From the IMG/VR virus record IMGVR_UViG_3300042868_005134, positions 124,001-188,000 of that record: a DNA stretch of 64,000 nucleotides, one strand, 5' to 3'. The position numbers and the translations under genes are program-made. This document shows, piece after piece, positions 38,295 through 46,652 of the stretch. Each line of letters starts with the position of its first letter. Position 1 is the stretch's first letter. The notes under the pieces were generated by a model. That model was not told the origin of the DNA. It saw only the letters and a list, made by a program, of their open reading frames with translations, and ran no database searches.

Positions 38295-38606
38295 TTAGAT
38301 AACCACATAACTTGCTGTTACACTGACCATGTTAAGAGTTGTTGTTAGAGCATAAATTCTATCACCTGGGCTTAACACCAATCGTTCAGTACTGAAAATA
38401 AATGTATCACTTGGATCAACTGGAGCTTGGTCTACAATTTTATTTGTGTTTGTTGGGGTTCCACCACTGGCTACTACATGCACATCAATATTTTCTATTG
38501 AGGTGTTTAAATTACAAAACATTATTACAGTTATTGCCGAATCTGTAGTAAGATTAGGTGTAATAGCTATTGCTGAAGTTCCGAGTAGTGTGCTTAAAAT
38601 TGCCAT
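38295..38606 (-). CDS. Small virion structural protein (beta-sandwich-like)
   Basis: 103 aa within the structural operon; 'IMFCN', 'ERLVLSPGDRI'. Confidence 0.6.
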   Translation of the reverse strand: MAILSTLLGTSAIAITPNLTTDSAITVIMFCNLNTSIENIDVHVVASGGTPTNTNKIVDQAPVDPSDTFIFSTERLVLSPGDRIYALTTTLNMVSVTASYVVI

Positions 38607-38615
38607 TTCGTATCC

Positions 38616-39869
38616 TTAAAGTATTAACGAGTACAGAAATGCTTTAGTTTTACTGATTAATTCATCGCCGGTTCCTAAAGTATTTACAAAATATAATCCT
38701 GTGCCGCCAGTGCCTACCACATCACGAGAATACAATTTTACGTATCCTAATGGAGTAGACGGTGTAGAAAGTAAAGACCTATTGGCAATGTTTAACACTC
38801 CGCCTCTTGGATCAGCACCGTCTCCTAATAACACATTTTCTGTCGATATATTAAAAATATTATTATTTTGAATTCTGATATTGTTTACTGTTAGTCCGCT
38901 TGAATTAATTACCGCTCGCTCAGTCCCATCAACTTCAAAAGTTATTTCACTAACTCCGCTAGTGTCGAAATCGTAGGCTTGTACTTTGGTATCGTTTTCT
39001 AAAATTCTGTTAATCGTTGCTAAAGAAGCAACATTGGCAGCATAATCTGCCACTGCTTTCATGTTTGGAATATTGTCGTCGTCGAGTATGGCATCCGGTC
39101 TTACCGTTCCAGTTGCCACAGTTGTGGGTAAATTGATACCAGTGTTGGCATAAGTGAAGCTTGAACCTACCGCAGAAATAATTGTGATAAAAGAACCGTT
39201 AAATGTTGCATTGGTGCCACAAGTGACAAATACTCGTTGCCCTGCCGTAAATGCTGGACTAGGCGCACTAGTTAACGTAACTGTTGCTACGTTGGTTGTT
39301 CGTGACACACTGGCAATATTATAACTAGTAACTAAGGCTGTGTAATCAAGAATCTGATTCTCGTAGCTACTTGTTCCTGATACAGTTATAACACCGTTAC
39401 CTTGAGTAATCAACGCAAGGTCACCGCCTAGAGTATTAACAGTGTTTGTAACAATGGCTCTTAGATTTTCGTTAGCATCTTTAAAAATAAAACTACCGTG
39501 AAAATTATTATCTGGTTCGCCAATCAATACGCCTGTCGGATCATAACTGTCTACGCTTTCATCCCAAATGGCAAACGCATTTGGTCTAATTCCTCTATCA
39601 ATTTCTATACCAGCTCGAGTACCTGCTGTTGCCACACCTGGATTTAGTTCTCCTTGGTTTACAACAATTACTGGATCGACAACAGTTAAAGTCTCCGAAG
39701 ACACAGTTGTGGTATTACCCATGACCAATAGGTCACCTGTAATAGTAACCTTGCCCTGGAATCCAGTTATTCCGTTAGGGTTTGTATCTAGATAGATATA
39801 CCCTTCACTGGATTCGGATCCTACAACTATCTTGTAGTCACCGTCTTGGACTCTAACTATTTTTGACAT
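38616..39869 (-). CDS. Virion structural / fibre-related protein
   Basis: 417 aa. 'GDLLVMGNTTTVSSETLTVVDPVIVVN...AGIEIDRG' resembles the 1794-aa fibre segment 'GDLIVNGTTTTVNSTIVSVDDKNIEL'. Confidence 0.6.
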   Translation of the reverse strand: MSKIVRVQDGDYKIVVGSESSEGYIYLDTNPNGITGFQGKVTITGDLLVMGNTTTVSSETLTVVDPVIVVNQGELNPGVATAGTRAGIEIDRGIRPNAFAIWDESVDSYDPTGVLIGEPDNNFHGSFIFKDANENLRAIVTNTVNTLGGDLALITQGNGVITVSGTSSYENQILDYTALVTSYNIASVSRTTNVATVTLTSAPSPAFTAGQRVFVTCGTNATFNGSFITIISAVGSSFTYANTGINLPTTVATGTVRPDAILDDDNIPNMKAVADYAANVASLATINRILENDTKVQAYDFDTSGVSEITFEVDGTERAVINSSGLTVNNIRIQNNNIFNISTENVLLGDGADPRGGVLNIANRSLLSTPSTPLGYVKLYSRDVVGTGGTGLYFVNTLGTGDELISKTKAFLYSLIL

Positions 39870-39891
39870 TATCTATTTTTCCAATATACTA

Positions 39892-40584
39892 TTAAGCGTT
39901 AGGAATCTTAGCCACTGTGGCAGTAGCAGAACCTAATGTCCAAGCATGTGAAGTATTGTTAGCATACACTGTGCCAGTGCCTTGAGTCAGTCTGGCTCTG
40001 TGTGATGTCAGTTTGGTCACAAAATATGTGCCTGCTGCTGCATCTGTGGCCTGTATATCCATTTCACCTGCGGCTGATGCGGCTGATGCTTTTAATTTAC
40101 AAATCATAGTGCCGTCTGCTGTTCTAACTTTGTAGCGTGTGCCGGATACTTGTTTGATGATGTCTCCAACTTTGCGACTGCCGCCTGTGACAAAAGCAAA
40201 CACTGTGATGGCATTTTCTTGATTGGTTGCTGTACTTACTGCACCTGTGTCCACTTGAAACACGGCTGTGAGAGTGGTTGTGCCAATTGTACCTGTGCCT
40301 GCTGTTACTGTAGGAACTGATGTGTAACCCGAACCTGCTTCCACTATTGTGATGCTGACAATAGCACCTGCAGTGGCTACCACTGTGCCGGTAGCTTGAA
40401 CGCCGCCTGGTAGTTGTGGTTGCGTGAATGTAACTGCGCCGCCAGTGGTATAACCTGTAGAGTTGTTGACACCACCCACAGTAACACTGCCTACTCGACT
40501 GCCACCGATGCCATCATCAGTGGTTACGCTTGCGGAACCGATGTTTCGGTTACCAAAGAATTTTTTATGTAAAGGACGTCCCAT
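39892..40584 (-). CDS. Structural protein downstream of major capsid gene (possible head decoration / fibre)
   Basis: 230 aa, T/G/A-rich, with its own late promoter and SD AAGGAG. Confidence 0.55.
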   Translation of the reverse strand: MGRPLHKKFFGNRNIGSASVTTDDGIGGSRVGSVTVGGVNNSTGYTTGGAVTFTQPQLPGGVQATGTVVATAGAIVSITIVEAGSGYTSVPTVTAGTGTIGTTTLTAVFQVDTGAVSTATNQENAITVFAFVTGGSRKVGDIIKQVSGTRYKVRTADGTMICKLKASAASAAGEMDIQATDAAAGTYFVTKLTSHRARLTQGTGTVYANNTSHAWTLGSATATVAKIPNA

Positions 40585-40673
40585 TTTATTTTCTCCTTAA
40601 GAAATAACAGCGTTCTAGGCTGTACGCGGTTGGATTTCCGCATAAAACTCACACTATGTGAATCATTACTATG

Positions 40674-40680
40674 TATTTAG
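40674..40680 (-). promoter_or_regulatory. Late promoter (CTAAATA)
   Basis: Located just after the capsid-gene terminator, 89 nt before the ATG at 40584. Confidence 0.65.
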
Positions 40681-40687
40681 CAGATAT

Positions 40688-40708
40688 AAAAAAAGGCTCC
40701 GAAGAGCC
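40688..40708 (-). terminator. Rho-independent terminator after major capsid gene
   Basis: GGCTC-TTCG-GAGCC followed by T7 on the minus strand (cUUCGg tetraloop). Confidence 0.9.
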
Positions 40709-40739
40709 TTTTGAATCATACCACCTTGCGGTGTATTGA

Positions 40740-41924
40740 TTAACTGAACTTGACAGCGGCAGCAGTGATAGCAACCTTGCCTAAGTAGTCAGCAGCGTTA
40801 CCAAGAGATGACGCTGTGTTTGTTAACTCAACATAACCATAACGTGTCATGAATGAAACGACTGGTTCGAATGTTGATGGATCTAATACAACACCACTGC
40901 TCATCAACGGAACATATGGGCAATAAAATGCTGCCGCATCTGCTTCGCTAGAACCTTTGTAGCCGATTAGAACGTTGTCAAATCCGCCGCTTTCTAAAGC
41001 GTATGTGTTAACATAAATCTTCATAGCGTTGTTCAATGTACCAACAAACTTGGTGTTTGTAGGTGCTTCGAATGTGCCTTCTGTAGTACGAGCAAACGCA
41101 CTAGTTGTAGCACTTTGAAGAATTGTCAATGCCATTGGACTGATAACAGCCCAGTTACCTGCGCCACGACGTGTACGTTGAGCAATCAAGTTAGCAACAC
41201 GGTTGATTTGAACTGCCAATGCGGCATGTTCGTCACCAACGAATGTAGCAACACCAGATACTGAGCTCTGATCGTATGTCTGTGTAGCTGCACCAGCTAA
41301 AGTGCTTAAAGAAGCAAGAACTTCTTGGTCGATTTCAGCTGTGATCTCTTGAGCAAGAGCAGCCATGATTTCTGCTTCGATGTCAATACCTTGTTGGGCT
41401 TGTGCATCTTGAGCAGCTTCAAATGTCCAGCGAGCTGATAGCTTACGTGTCTTAGCTTCAACTGTTTGTTTCAAGATTTGAATGCTCATTCTGTTACCAG
41501 CAGCACCTTCTAAGTTGGCTGTAGTAGCTGCCTTAGGAGTTCCTGAAACTTGGTTACCAGAATAAGATTCAGCAATCTTGAATGGGCTGAATGCTTCTTC
41601 ACCAGCAACAACTCCAGCACCTGTAGATGAATCGCTATAGCGAACACGTAAAGTGTGGATTTGTCCAACTGGACCGGTCATTGGCTGAACGCCAACCAAC
41701 TCGTTAGCAATAACGGTTGGCATAACACGACGGATCACTGGAAGGATCACGCGGTTAAGTGTAGCAACGTTACCTGCTGAAGTTGCGCCTGCTGACGCAC
41801 TTTCTGCTAGATACTTGCGAGTGTTTTCTAATGTTACAGCCATCGATGTTTTACGATTGCCTTGTAGGCCTTCTAATAGGGCTTCCTTGGTTTCGTTCCA
41901 ACGGCTTGATAGTAGTTCTGACAT
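40740..41924 (-). CDS. gp23: Major capsid protein (gp23-like)
   Basis: 'VRRVMPTVIANELVGVQPMTGPVGQIHTLR', 'TVEAKTRKL.ARWTFEAAQD', 'EITAEIDQE', 'FYCPYVPL', 'FMTRYG'. Confidence 0.95.
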   Translation of the reverse strand: MSELLSSRWNETKEALLEGLQGNRKTSMAVTLENTRKYLAESASAGATSAGNVATLNRVILPVIRRVMPTVIANELVGVQPMTGPVGQIHTLRVRYSDSSTGAGVVAGEEAFSPFKIAESYSGNQVSGTPKAATTANLEGAAGNRMSIQILKQTVEAKTRKLSARWTFEAAQDAQAQQGIDIEAEIMAALAQEITAEIDQEVLASLSTLAGAATQTYDQSSVSGVATFVGDEHAALAVQINRVANLIAQRTRRGAGNWAVISPMALTILQSATTSAFARTTEGTFEAPTNTKFVGTLNNAMKIYVNTYALESGGFDNVLIGYKGSSEADAAAFYCPYVPLMSSGVVLDPSTFEPVVSFMTRYGYVELTNTASSLGNAADYLGKVAITAAAVKFS

Positions 41925-41935
41925 TTATTGTCTCC

Positions 41936-43030
41936 TTAAATTTTTAATCCAGCGAGTCGACGAATATCAACAATATTGTTGTCATTCTCGCTGCTACTTG
42001 CGCTGTTAGGAATTTTATTTCCTGTTACTTCCTTTGCCTCTACTAGTGCCTTACGTTTTTGTGGAGCTTCTCCAGCGATTACAGCCGGAAGGTACTTGTC
42101 AAAACTATTTTGTAATTTTGATGTCTGTACACTTTCAAGAAGCTCTGTCATAATAGCTTTTTGTCCGTTGGACAAAGGTGCTACTAATTCCGTCATAACT
42201 TCTTGACGTTCTTTGCTCTCCACTAGAGCCTTAATTTTGTGTTCTTTGCTTTCTGCGAGTTGTCTAGCTTGTGCTGCATCATTTTTAGCTGTTGCAACTT
42301 CCAACTCTTTTTGGTTTATAACCTTGAGCAATTTTGCTGTTTCAGATTTCTCTGAAAGGTAGCTTGTTTGATATTCATTACTAAATGCTTCAAACAATTT
42401 GCGACCGAAGTCGTTTCTACGTGCTGTTTCAATATCTTCTTTTAGTTGACCAATCTCTTGGGTAAGAGTTTTTTCAACTGCAGATTCTACCAAACTAGCT
42501 GCACGCTTAACAAATTGTTCTTTGACCTTAGTGAATGCCTCTCGGCCGTCACGGATCAATCGCACTTTTGTTTCTGCAAGATCTTGTTTGTCTGTATGGA
42601 ATTCTGCGATTTCCTGTGCTAGAGCTTCTACAACGAACTGTTCAAGTTTAATAAACTTGTCAGCCATTTGTTTTTGATCTTCATGTAAATCTTTAACTTC
42701 CGTAGCTAGCTGACGCACAACAAATTCTTTAATTTTTTCTGCGTCTTTCTTGGCTTTCACCACTACTTTTGCTTTTGCTTCGGCTAATTGATTACGATCT
42801 TCAACAAATTGAGCGATTTCTTCGCGTAGTTGGTCACCCAACATGCGATCAACAGCTTCTACCATGACAGACTTGTCATGCTCGTAGCGTTGTGCGAATT
42901 CTTCTCTTAGTTGTTGAGTAACTTGTGTACGATTTTCGTTGATACGAGAATCCCAAGCTTTCTCAATTTCTGCTCTTACATCTTCAGAAACCACATTGTT
43001 TTCGAATAGACTTTTTAGTGCTTCCAACAT
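41936..43030 (-). CDS. gp22: Prohead scaffold / core protein (gp22-like)
   Basis: 364 aa, E/K-rich coiled coil, located between protease and capsid genes. Confidence 0.8.
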   Translation of the reverse strand: MLEALKSLFENNVVSEDVRAEIEKAWDSRINENRTQVTQQLREEFAQRYEHDKSVMVEAVDRMLGDQLREEIAQFVEDRNQLAEAKAKVVVKAKKDAEKIKEFVVRQLATEVKDLHEDQKQMADKFIKLEQFVVEALAQEIAEFHTDKQDLAETKVRLIRDGREAFTKVKEQFVKRAASLVESAVEKTLTQEIGQLKEDIETARRNDFGRKLFEAFSNEYQTSYLSEKSETAKLLKVINQKELEVATAKNDAAQARQLAESKEHKIKALVESKERQEVMTELVAPLSNGQKAIMTELLESVQTSKLQNSFDKYLPAVIAGEAPQKRKALVEAKEVTGNKIPNSASSSENDNNIVDIRRLAGLKI

Positions 43031-43043
43031 GTGTTTCTCCTCT

Positions 43044-43670
43044 TTATTGGAGTCCGCTTATTAATCTTAATAAGCTCTCTTTGAGATATTTCTGCGCCTT
43101 AGGGTCGCCCTGCACTTCCTTCGCTATACGAAGGCTACTATAACCTCCCTTATTATTCATAAGGTGTTCATAGATTGGTGTTGGGTACGCTCCCGGAGCA
43201 CTTGGTTGAGCTACCACATCTACTGTGATAATCTCAAAATCTGACACTTCACCGGATCCGTCTTCTTTGACGTTACCGGATCCGCGACTGCTTACTCCTA
43301 ACTTAACTCCGCTTTCCAACATAGTTTTCACTAAGTTGCCCATTGGAGTCGGTAGGATTTTTAATTTTCCATAACCGTTTGGGCCATCCATCCACATATT
43401 TGTAATCATGTGGCTCACACGGTCAAGGTTAATTTTTAGGTCATCTGGATGATCCACTTCGCCGAGTACTGAGTATCCACCTTCAAGTTGATCGTTCAGG
43501 GTCTTGACAGCCCTGTCGATTTCATTAACAGGATAAACACGCTGATTTTGATTCCTAACGCCGCCTTGGATACAAATACCTTTCATATAAAGGTTCTTGC
43601 CTCCTTCGCCGTCGGATTCAACGACCATTTTTGCTTGGTCGAAACTCAGGTTTTCACGAAGATAATTCAT
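43044..43670 (-). CDS. gp21: Prohead protease (gp21-like)
   Basis: 'NQNQRVYP', 'LGEVDHP', 'INLDRVSH', 'GKLKILPTPMG', 'LGVSSRGSG', 'FEIITVDVVAQPSAPGAY'. Confidence 0.95.
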   Translation of the reverse strand: MNYLRENLSFDQAKMVVESDGEGGKNLYMKGICIQGGVRNQNQRVYPVNEIDRAVKTLNDQLEGGYSVLGEVDHPDDLKINLDRVSHMITNMWMDGPNGYGKLKILPTPMGNLVKTMLESGVKLGVSSRGSGNVKEDGSGEVSDFEIITVDVVAQPSAPGAYPTPIYEHLMNNKGGYSSLRIAKEVQGDPKAQKYLKESLLRLISGLQ

Positions 43671-43680
43671 CTACTTAACC

Positions 43681-44577
43681 TTATTTGGCTCTGGTTTTGA
43701 CGCCGTTGATTGGAGAGCCTGCGCCCTTGTCACCGTTGTCGCCGTTGCCTTTCTTTTCAGCGCCGTGGCCTGAACCGTTCTTTTTATAGAACTGTTTAGC
43801 ATTAGTGCCGCCTGGTACATTTACATTACCAAAGTTTTCTTCTTTAGTGTTTGGCTTTAGTAAACCGCTTTGTACGCCTTTGCCGCCTTCAGTACCGCCT
43901 TTTGTCATATTAGCAGTTGTACCGCCCATATCGTTCTTACCTGCTACGATTGACTTGTTGTTAACACCGTCATCACCGTGCTTTGGGTTTGCTACTTTTT
44001 CGATGTACTCGCGCATGAAGTTGTCGCCTATGCTGAAGCTATCTTTAACTTCTTCTTCGTCGCCCATGTCGCCCATGTCATCGCCGCCCATGTCGCCCAT
44101 GTCATCGCCGCCCATGTCGCCCATGTCATCGCCTTCACCGCCCATCATCTTTTCGAATTCCATTTTTAGGTCATCTAAAGCATCTTCTAGGTCAACTACA
44201 CGATCTTCAATGTCGCCATCGCCGCCCATGTCATCGCCTTCTTCGTCATCACCTGCTTCGATGTCGCCCATGAAGTCATCAGTAGCATCGCCACCAATTT
44301 CGTCACCGTTCATTTCATCGTCGCCCATGTCGTCAGCTTCAAAGCCGAAACCCTCTTCAACATCATCTTCGTCTGCACGATTTTCGTCTGTACGATCTTC
44401 GTCGTCTTCGTCGTCTTTACCTTCTTCAACATCTTCTTCGAAGTCTTCAGAAAGAATTTCTTCGTAGATTTGTCTAGATTTTTCAACTACCAGTTGATGG
44501 AAAAGCTCTTTGGCTTTGTCTTGTTCTTCAGAAATTAGATACTCGAGCATCTGCTCGAACTTTGATCGATCAGTCAT
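43681..44577 (-). CDS. Highly acidic prohead core protein
   Basis: 298 aa D/E-rich protein between portal and protease, where T4 has gp67/gp68. Confidence 0.65.
   Translation of the reverse strand: MTDRSKFEQMLEYLISEEQDKAKELFHQLVVEKSRQIYEEILSEDFEEDVEEGKDDEDDEDRTDENRADEDDVEEGFGFEADDMGDDEMNGDEIGGDATDDFMGDIEAGDDEEGDDMGGDGDIEDRVVDLEDALDDLKMEFEKMMGGEGDDMGDMGGDDMGDMGGDDMGDMGDEEEVKDSFSIGDNFMREYIEKVANPKHGDDGVNNKSIVAGKNDMGGTTANMTKGGTEGGKGVQSGLLKPNTKEENFGNVNVPGGTNAKQFYKKNGSGHGAEKKGNGDNGDKGAGSPINGVKTRAK
44062..44133. repeat. Perfect 3 x 24-bp tandem repeat (encodes GDDMGDMG x3)
   Basis: Unit GCCCATGTCGCCCATGTCATCGCC at 44062, 44086 and 44110. Confidence 0.9.
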
Positions 44578-44614
44578 GTTTGTCTCCTATGTGTTTATTG
44601 CAAGGCTGTCGATA

Positions 44615-44621
44615 TATTTAC
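44615..44621 (-). promoter_or_regulatory. Late promoter (GTAAATA)
   Basis: 37 nt upstream of the ATG at 44577; SD AGGAGA follows. Confidence 0.6.
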
Positions 44622-44670
44622 ATATAACTGTAAAATATACGCTTAAATGGTAAGTTTTCGGGGATTTTTG

Positions 44671-44910
44671 TTAAGCAACAGGCTGTGCTGGTGCTTTATA
44701 CATCTGTTCAACAAATTCTAGTTCTTTTTCTTGTTCTAAAATATGCTGTTCACTGGCTTTACGCAGTTCGTTTATCTGCTTTAAAGTCAATCTAGTTTTA
44801 CGTGTGTCACCTTTTCGCACAGAGGTGTCGTCACGGCCAGCATCATAACGACTGTCAGATGTCACGGCCCTAATATCTTTATCAACGTAAAACAATTCTC
44901 GTAGTATCAT
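44671..44910 (-). CDS. Small prohead core-associated protein
   Basis: 79 aa directly after the portal gene, with its own late promoter. Confidence 0.65.
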   Translation of the reverse strand: MILRELFYVDKDIRAVTSDSRYDAGRDDTSVRKGDTRKTRLTLKQINELRKASEQHILEQEKELEFVEQMYKAPAQPVA

Positions 44911-44916
44911 ATACGT

Positions 44917-44923
44917 TATTTAT
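44917..44923 (-). promoter_or_regulatory. Late promoter (ATAAATA) overlapping portal stop codon
   Basis: 6 nt before the ATG at 44910; no SD. Confidence 0.65.
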
Positions 44924-46650
44924 GCTGCCGGTGCTGTAGGAACCGGCCCAGGTGCTGCTGGTGCTGTTCCCGGTGGTGCGCCAGGCATTTCCATTCCTGG
45001 TGGCGCTTCGGTGTCGGCGGCAGCGCCAGCATCAGATTCTATACCTGCTTGACTAACTCCAACGCCGCGTAATTCTCCACTACTGTCAGTGGGTGTTGGC
45101 TTGCCTTTGCCGTTTTCTTCAGCCCACAAGCGTTCGTTTTCTGCAACTTCTTCTTCGCTTAGTCCTAGATAACGTTTCAAAGCAAAACGTTTTGAGATAT
45201 AAGTCTGTTGACTAATAGTACCGTATGTGTTGATACGCTGATTATCTAACTCTGCTTGACGATAAGTGGCAAAGTTTTGCGGCGGTTGGAACTTTAATTC
45301 AAACAGAGCACTGTCAATATTGATGCCTCTTTCATACAAATACAGTTTAAATTCTTGATCAAATACATCTTGCATCAAGCTCTGTAGTCGCATACAGTAG
45401 TTGTTAAATCGCAATTCTTGAATATATGCTGTGCCAACTCTTCCGTCGTTATACTGTGATTGGCTGTCTTCTGCACCAGTTGGCAGATAGCTACTTGGGA
45501 TTCTTAAACCGCGAAATAATTTGTTTGTAAAGTATCTTAAGTCGTCAATTTCACCTAGGTTTGTACCGCCTGGCAGTGTTTCAACTTTACTTCCGCGACC
45601 TTCTGCTGTGGTTGGAAAGAAGTAATCTTCGTTAATGCTTAATGGATTGTAAGCACTATCGATAACGTTGGTACCACCGCCAGTTGCGCTGGGGATACGT
45701 CTTTGATGAATTTCATTTTTAACACGTTCCACAAAGCCCATGGCCAAGTGGCTGGGCATGTTACCCACATCAATGTAAAAAATACGTCTTTCAGGAGCAC
45801 GTTGTATGCGATAGATTAAAATAGCATCTTCTAGTAATTCTTTTTGTTTGAATACTTTAAAAACATTTTCTAATAAACTGTTTCCAAACGGAAAGTTATT
45901 GTCTAGACCTTCGCTTAAACTTAAATGTATCACATGCTTGGCATCTACTGCTAGTTCGTTTTGTTGTGTATCAAAGCGTGTGCCCACAGTGCCACCTTGC
46001 GGATATGAACCAGTCATGCCTCTTGCGGGGCCGCTGCCGTTGGGCCCAGCGTAATTAGTTCCGCGATTGTTGGTGTTAAGATTGTTGGGCTGAATAGTGG
46101 TTGTGACCAAGTCCATAAAATTAGGATTTAAATCACGAATAATGTATTGTTCAGGTTCTTTGCCTTCACTTTCGTTCACAATAATTTTAACTATTTTACT
46201 AGAATCTATGTAAACCCATTTTTTATTTTCAGGATCTCTTACAAAGAATGCATCGCCGTATTTGAATACGTTGCGTACAATTCTAAAAATTCTAGTTTCG
46301 AACTTTTGTAATTTTGTCCATTGCTGTAGATATTCTCTCAAGATGGCAATTTCACTATTAGTAGCTTTGCTCTTGAAAAATAAATGGAATGGTGTTTGAT
46401 TTTCTCTATTCTTTTGACTACAAAATTCAGCAATGATGTCCAAGGCCGCATTGACTTCACTGTCCATGTCCATGGTATCATATTGCAAATAGCGTTCAAT
46501 ACGATTAGGGGCGCCGGAATAAACATCCGGTAAAAAGCTAGAATAGTTTTTTCTAGCTGGGCCTACACCGTTGCCGCTATTAGTTAACGGACTGCTGTTT
46601 GAGCCCGATGATCTTACATTAACAGGGGTGAAATATTTTTTCCAGCTCAT
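44920..46650 (-). CDS. gp20: Portal protein (gp20-like)
   Basis: 'YDTMDMDSEVNAALDII', 'LEDAILIYRIQRAPERRIFYIDVGNMP', 'EDYFFP..AEGRGSKVETLPGG.NLGEIDD..YF..KL...L.IP.S'. Confidence 0.95.
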   Translation of the reverse strand: MSWKKYFTPVNVRSSGSNSSPLTNSGNGVGPARKNYSSFLPDVYSGAPNRIERYLQYDTMDMDSEVNAALDIIAEFCSQKNRENQTPFHLFFKSKATNSEIAILREYLQQWTKLQKFETRIFRIVRNVFKYGDAFFVRDPENKKWVYIDSSKIVKIIVNESEGKEPEQYIIRDLNPNFMDLVTTTIQPNNLNTNNRGTNYAGPNGSGPARGMTGSYPQGGTVGTRFDTQQNELAVDAKHVIHLSLSEGLDNNFPFGNSLLENVFKVFKQKELLEDAILIYRIQRAPERRIFYIDVGNMPSHLAMGFVERVKNEIHQRRIPSATGGGTNVIDSAYNPLSINEDYFFPTTAEGRGSKVETLPGGTNLGEIDDLRYFTNKLFRGLRIPSSYLPTGAEDSQSQYNDGRVGTAYIQELRFNNYCMRLQSLMQDVFDQEFKLYLYERGINIDSALFELKFQPPQNFATYRQAELDNQRINTYGTISQQTYISKRFALKRYLGLSEEEVAENERLWAEENGKGKPTPTDSSGELRGVGVSQAGIESDAGAAADTEAPPGMEMPGAPPGTAPAAPGPVPTAPAA

Positions 46651-46652
46651 AA

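Noticed and set aside
44062-44133. CRISPR-like array
   Set aside because: Contiguous in-frame coding repeats with no spacers and no cas genes.
43805-44467. 220-aa Ser/Pro-rich plus-strand ORF
   Set aside because: Mirror of the Asp/Glu/Gly/Met-rich core protein; no initiation signals.
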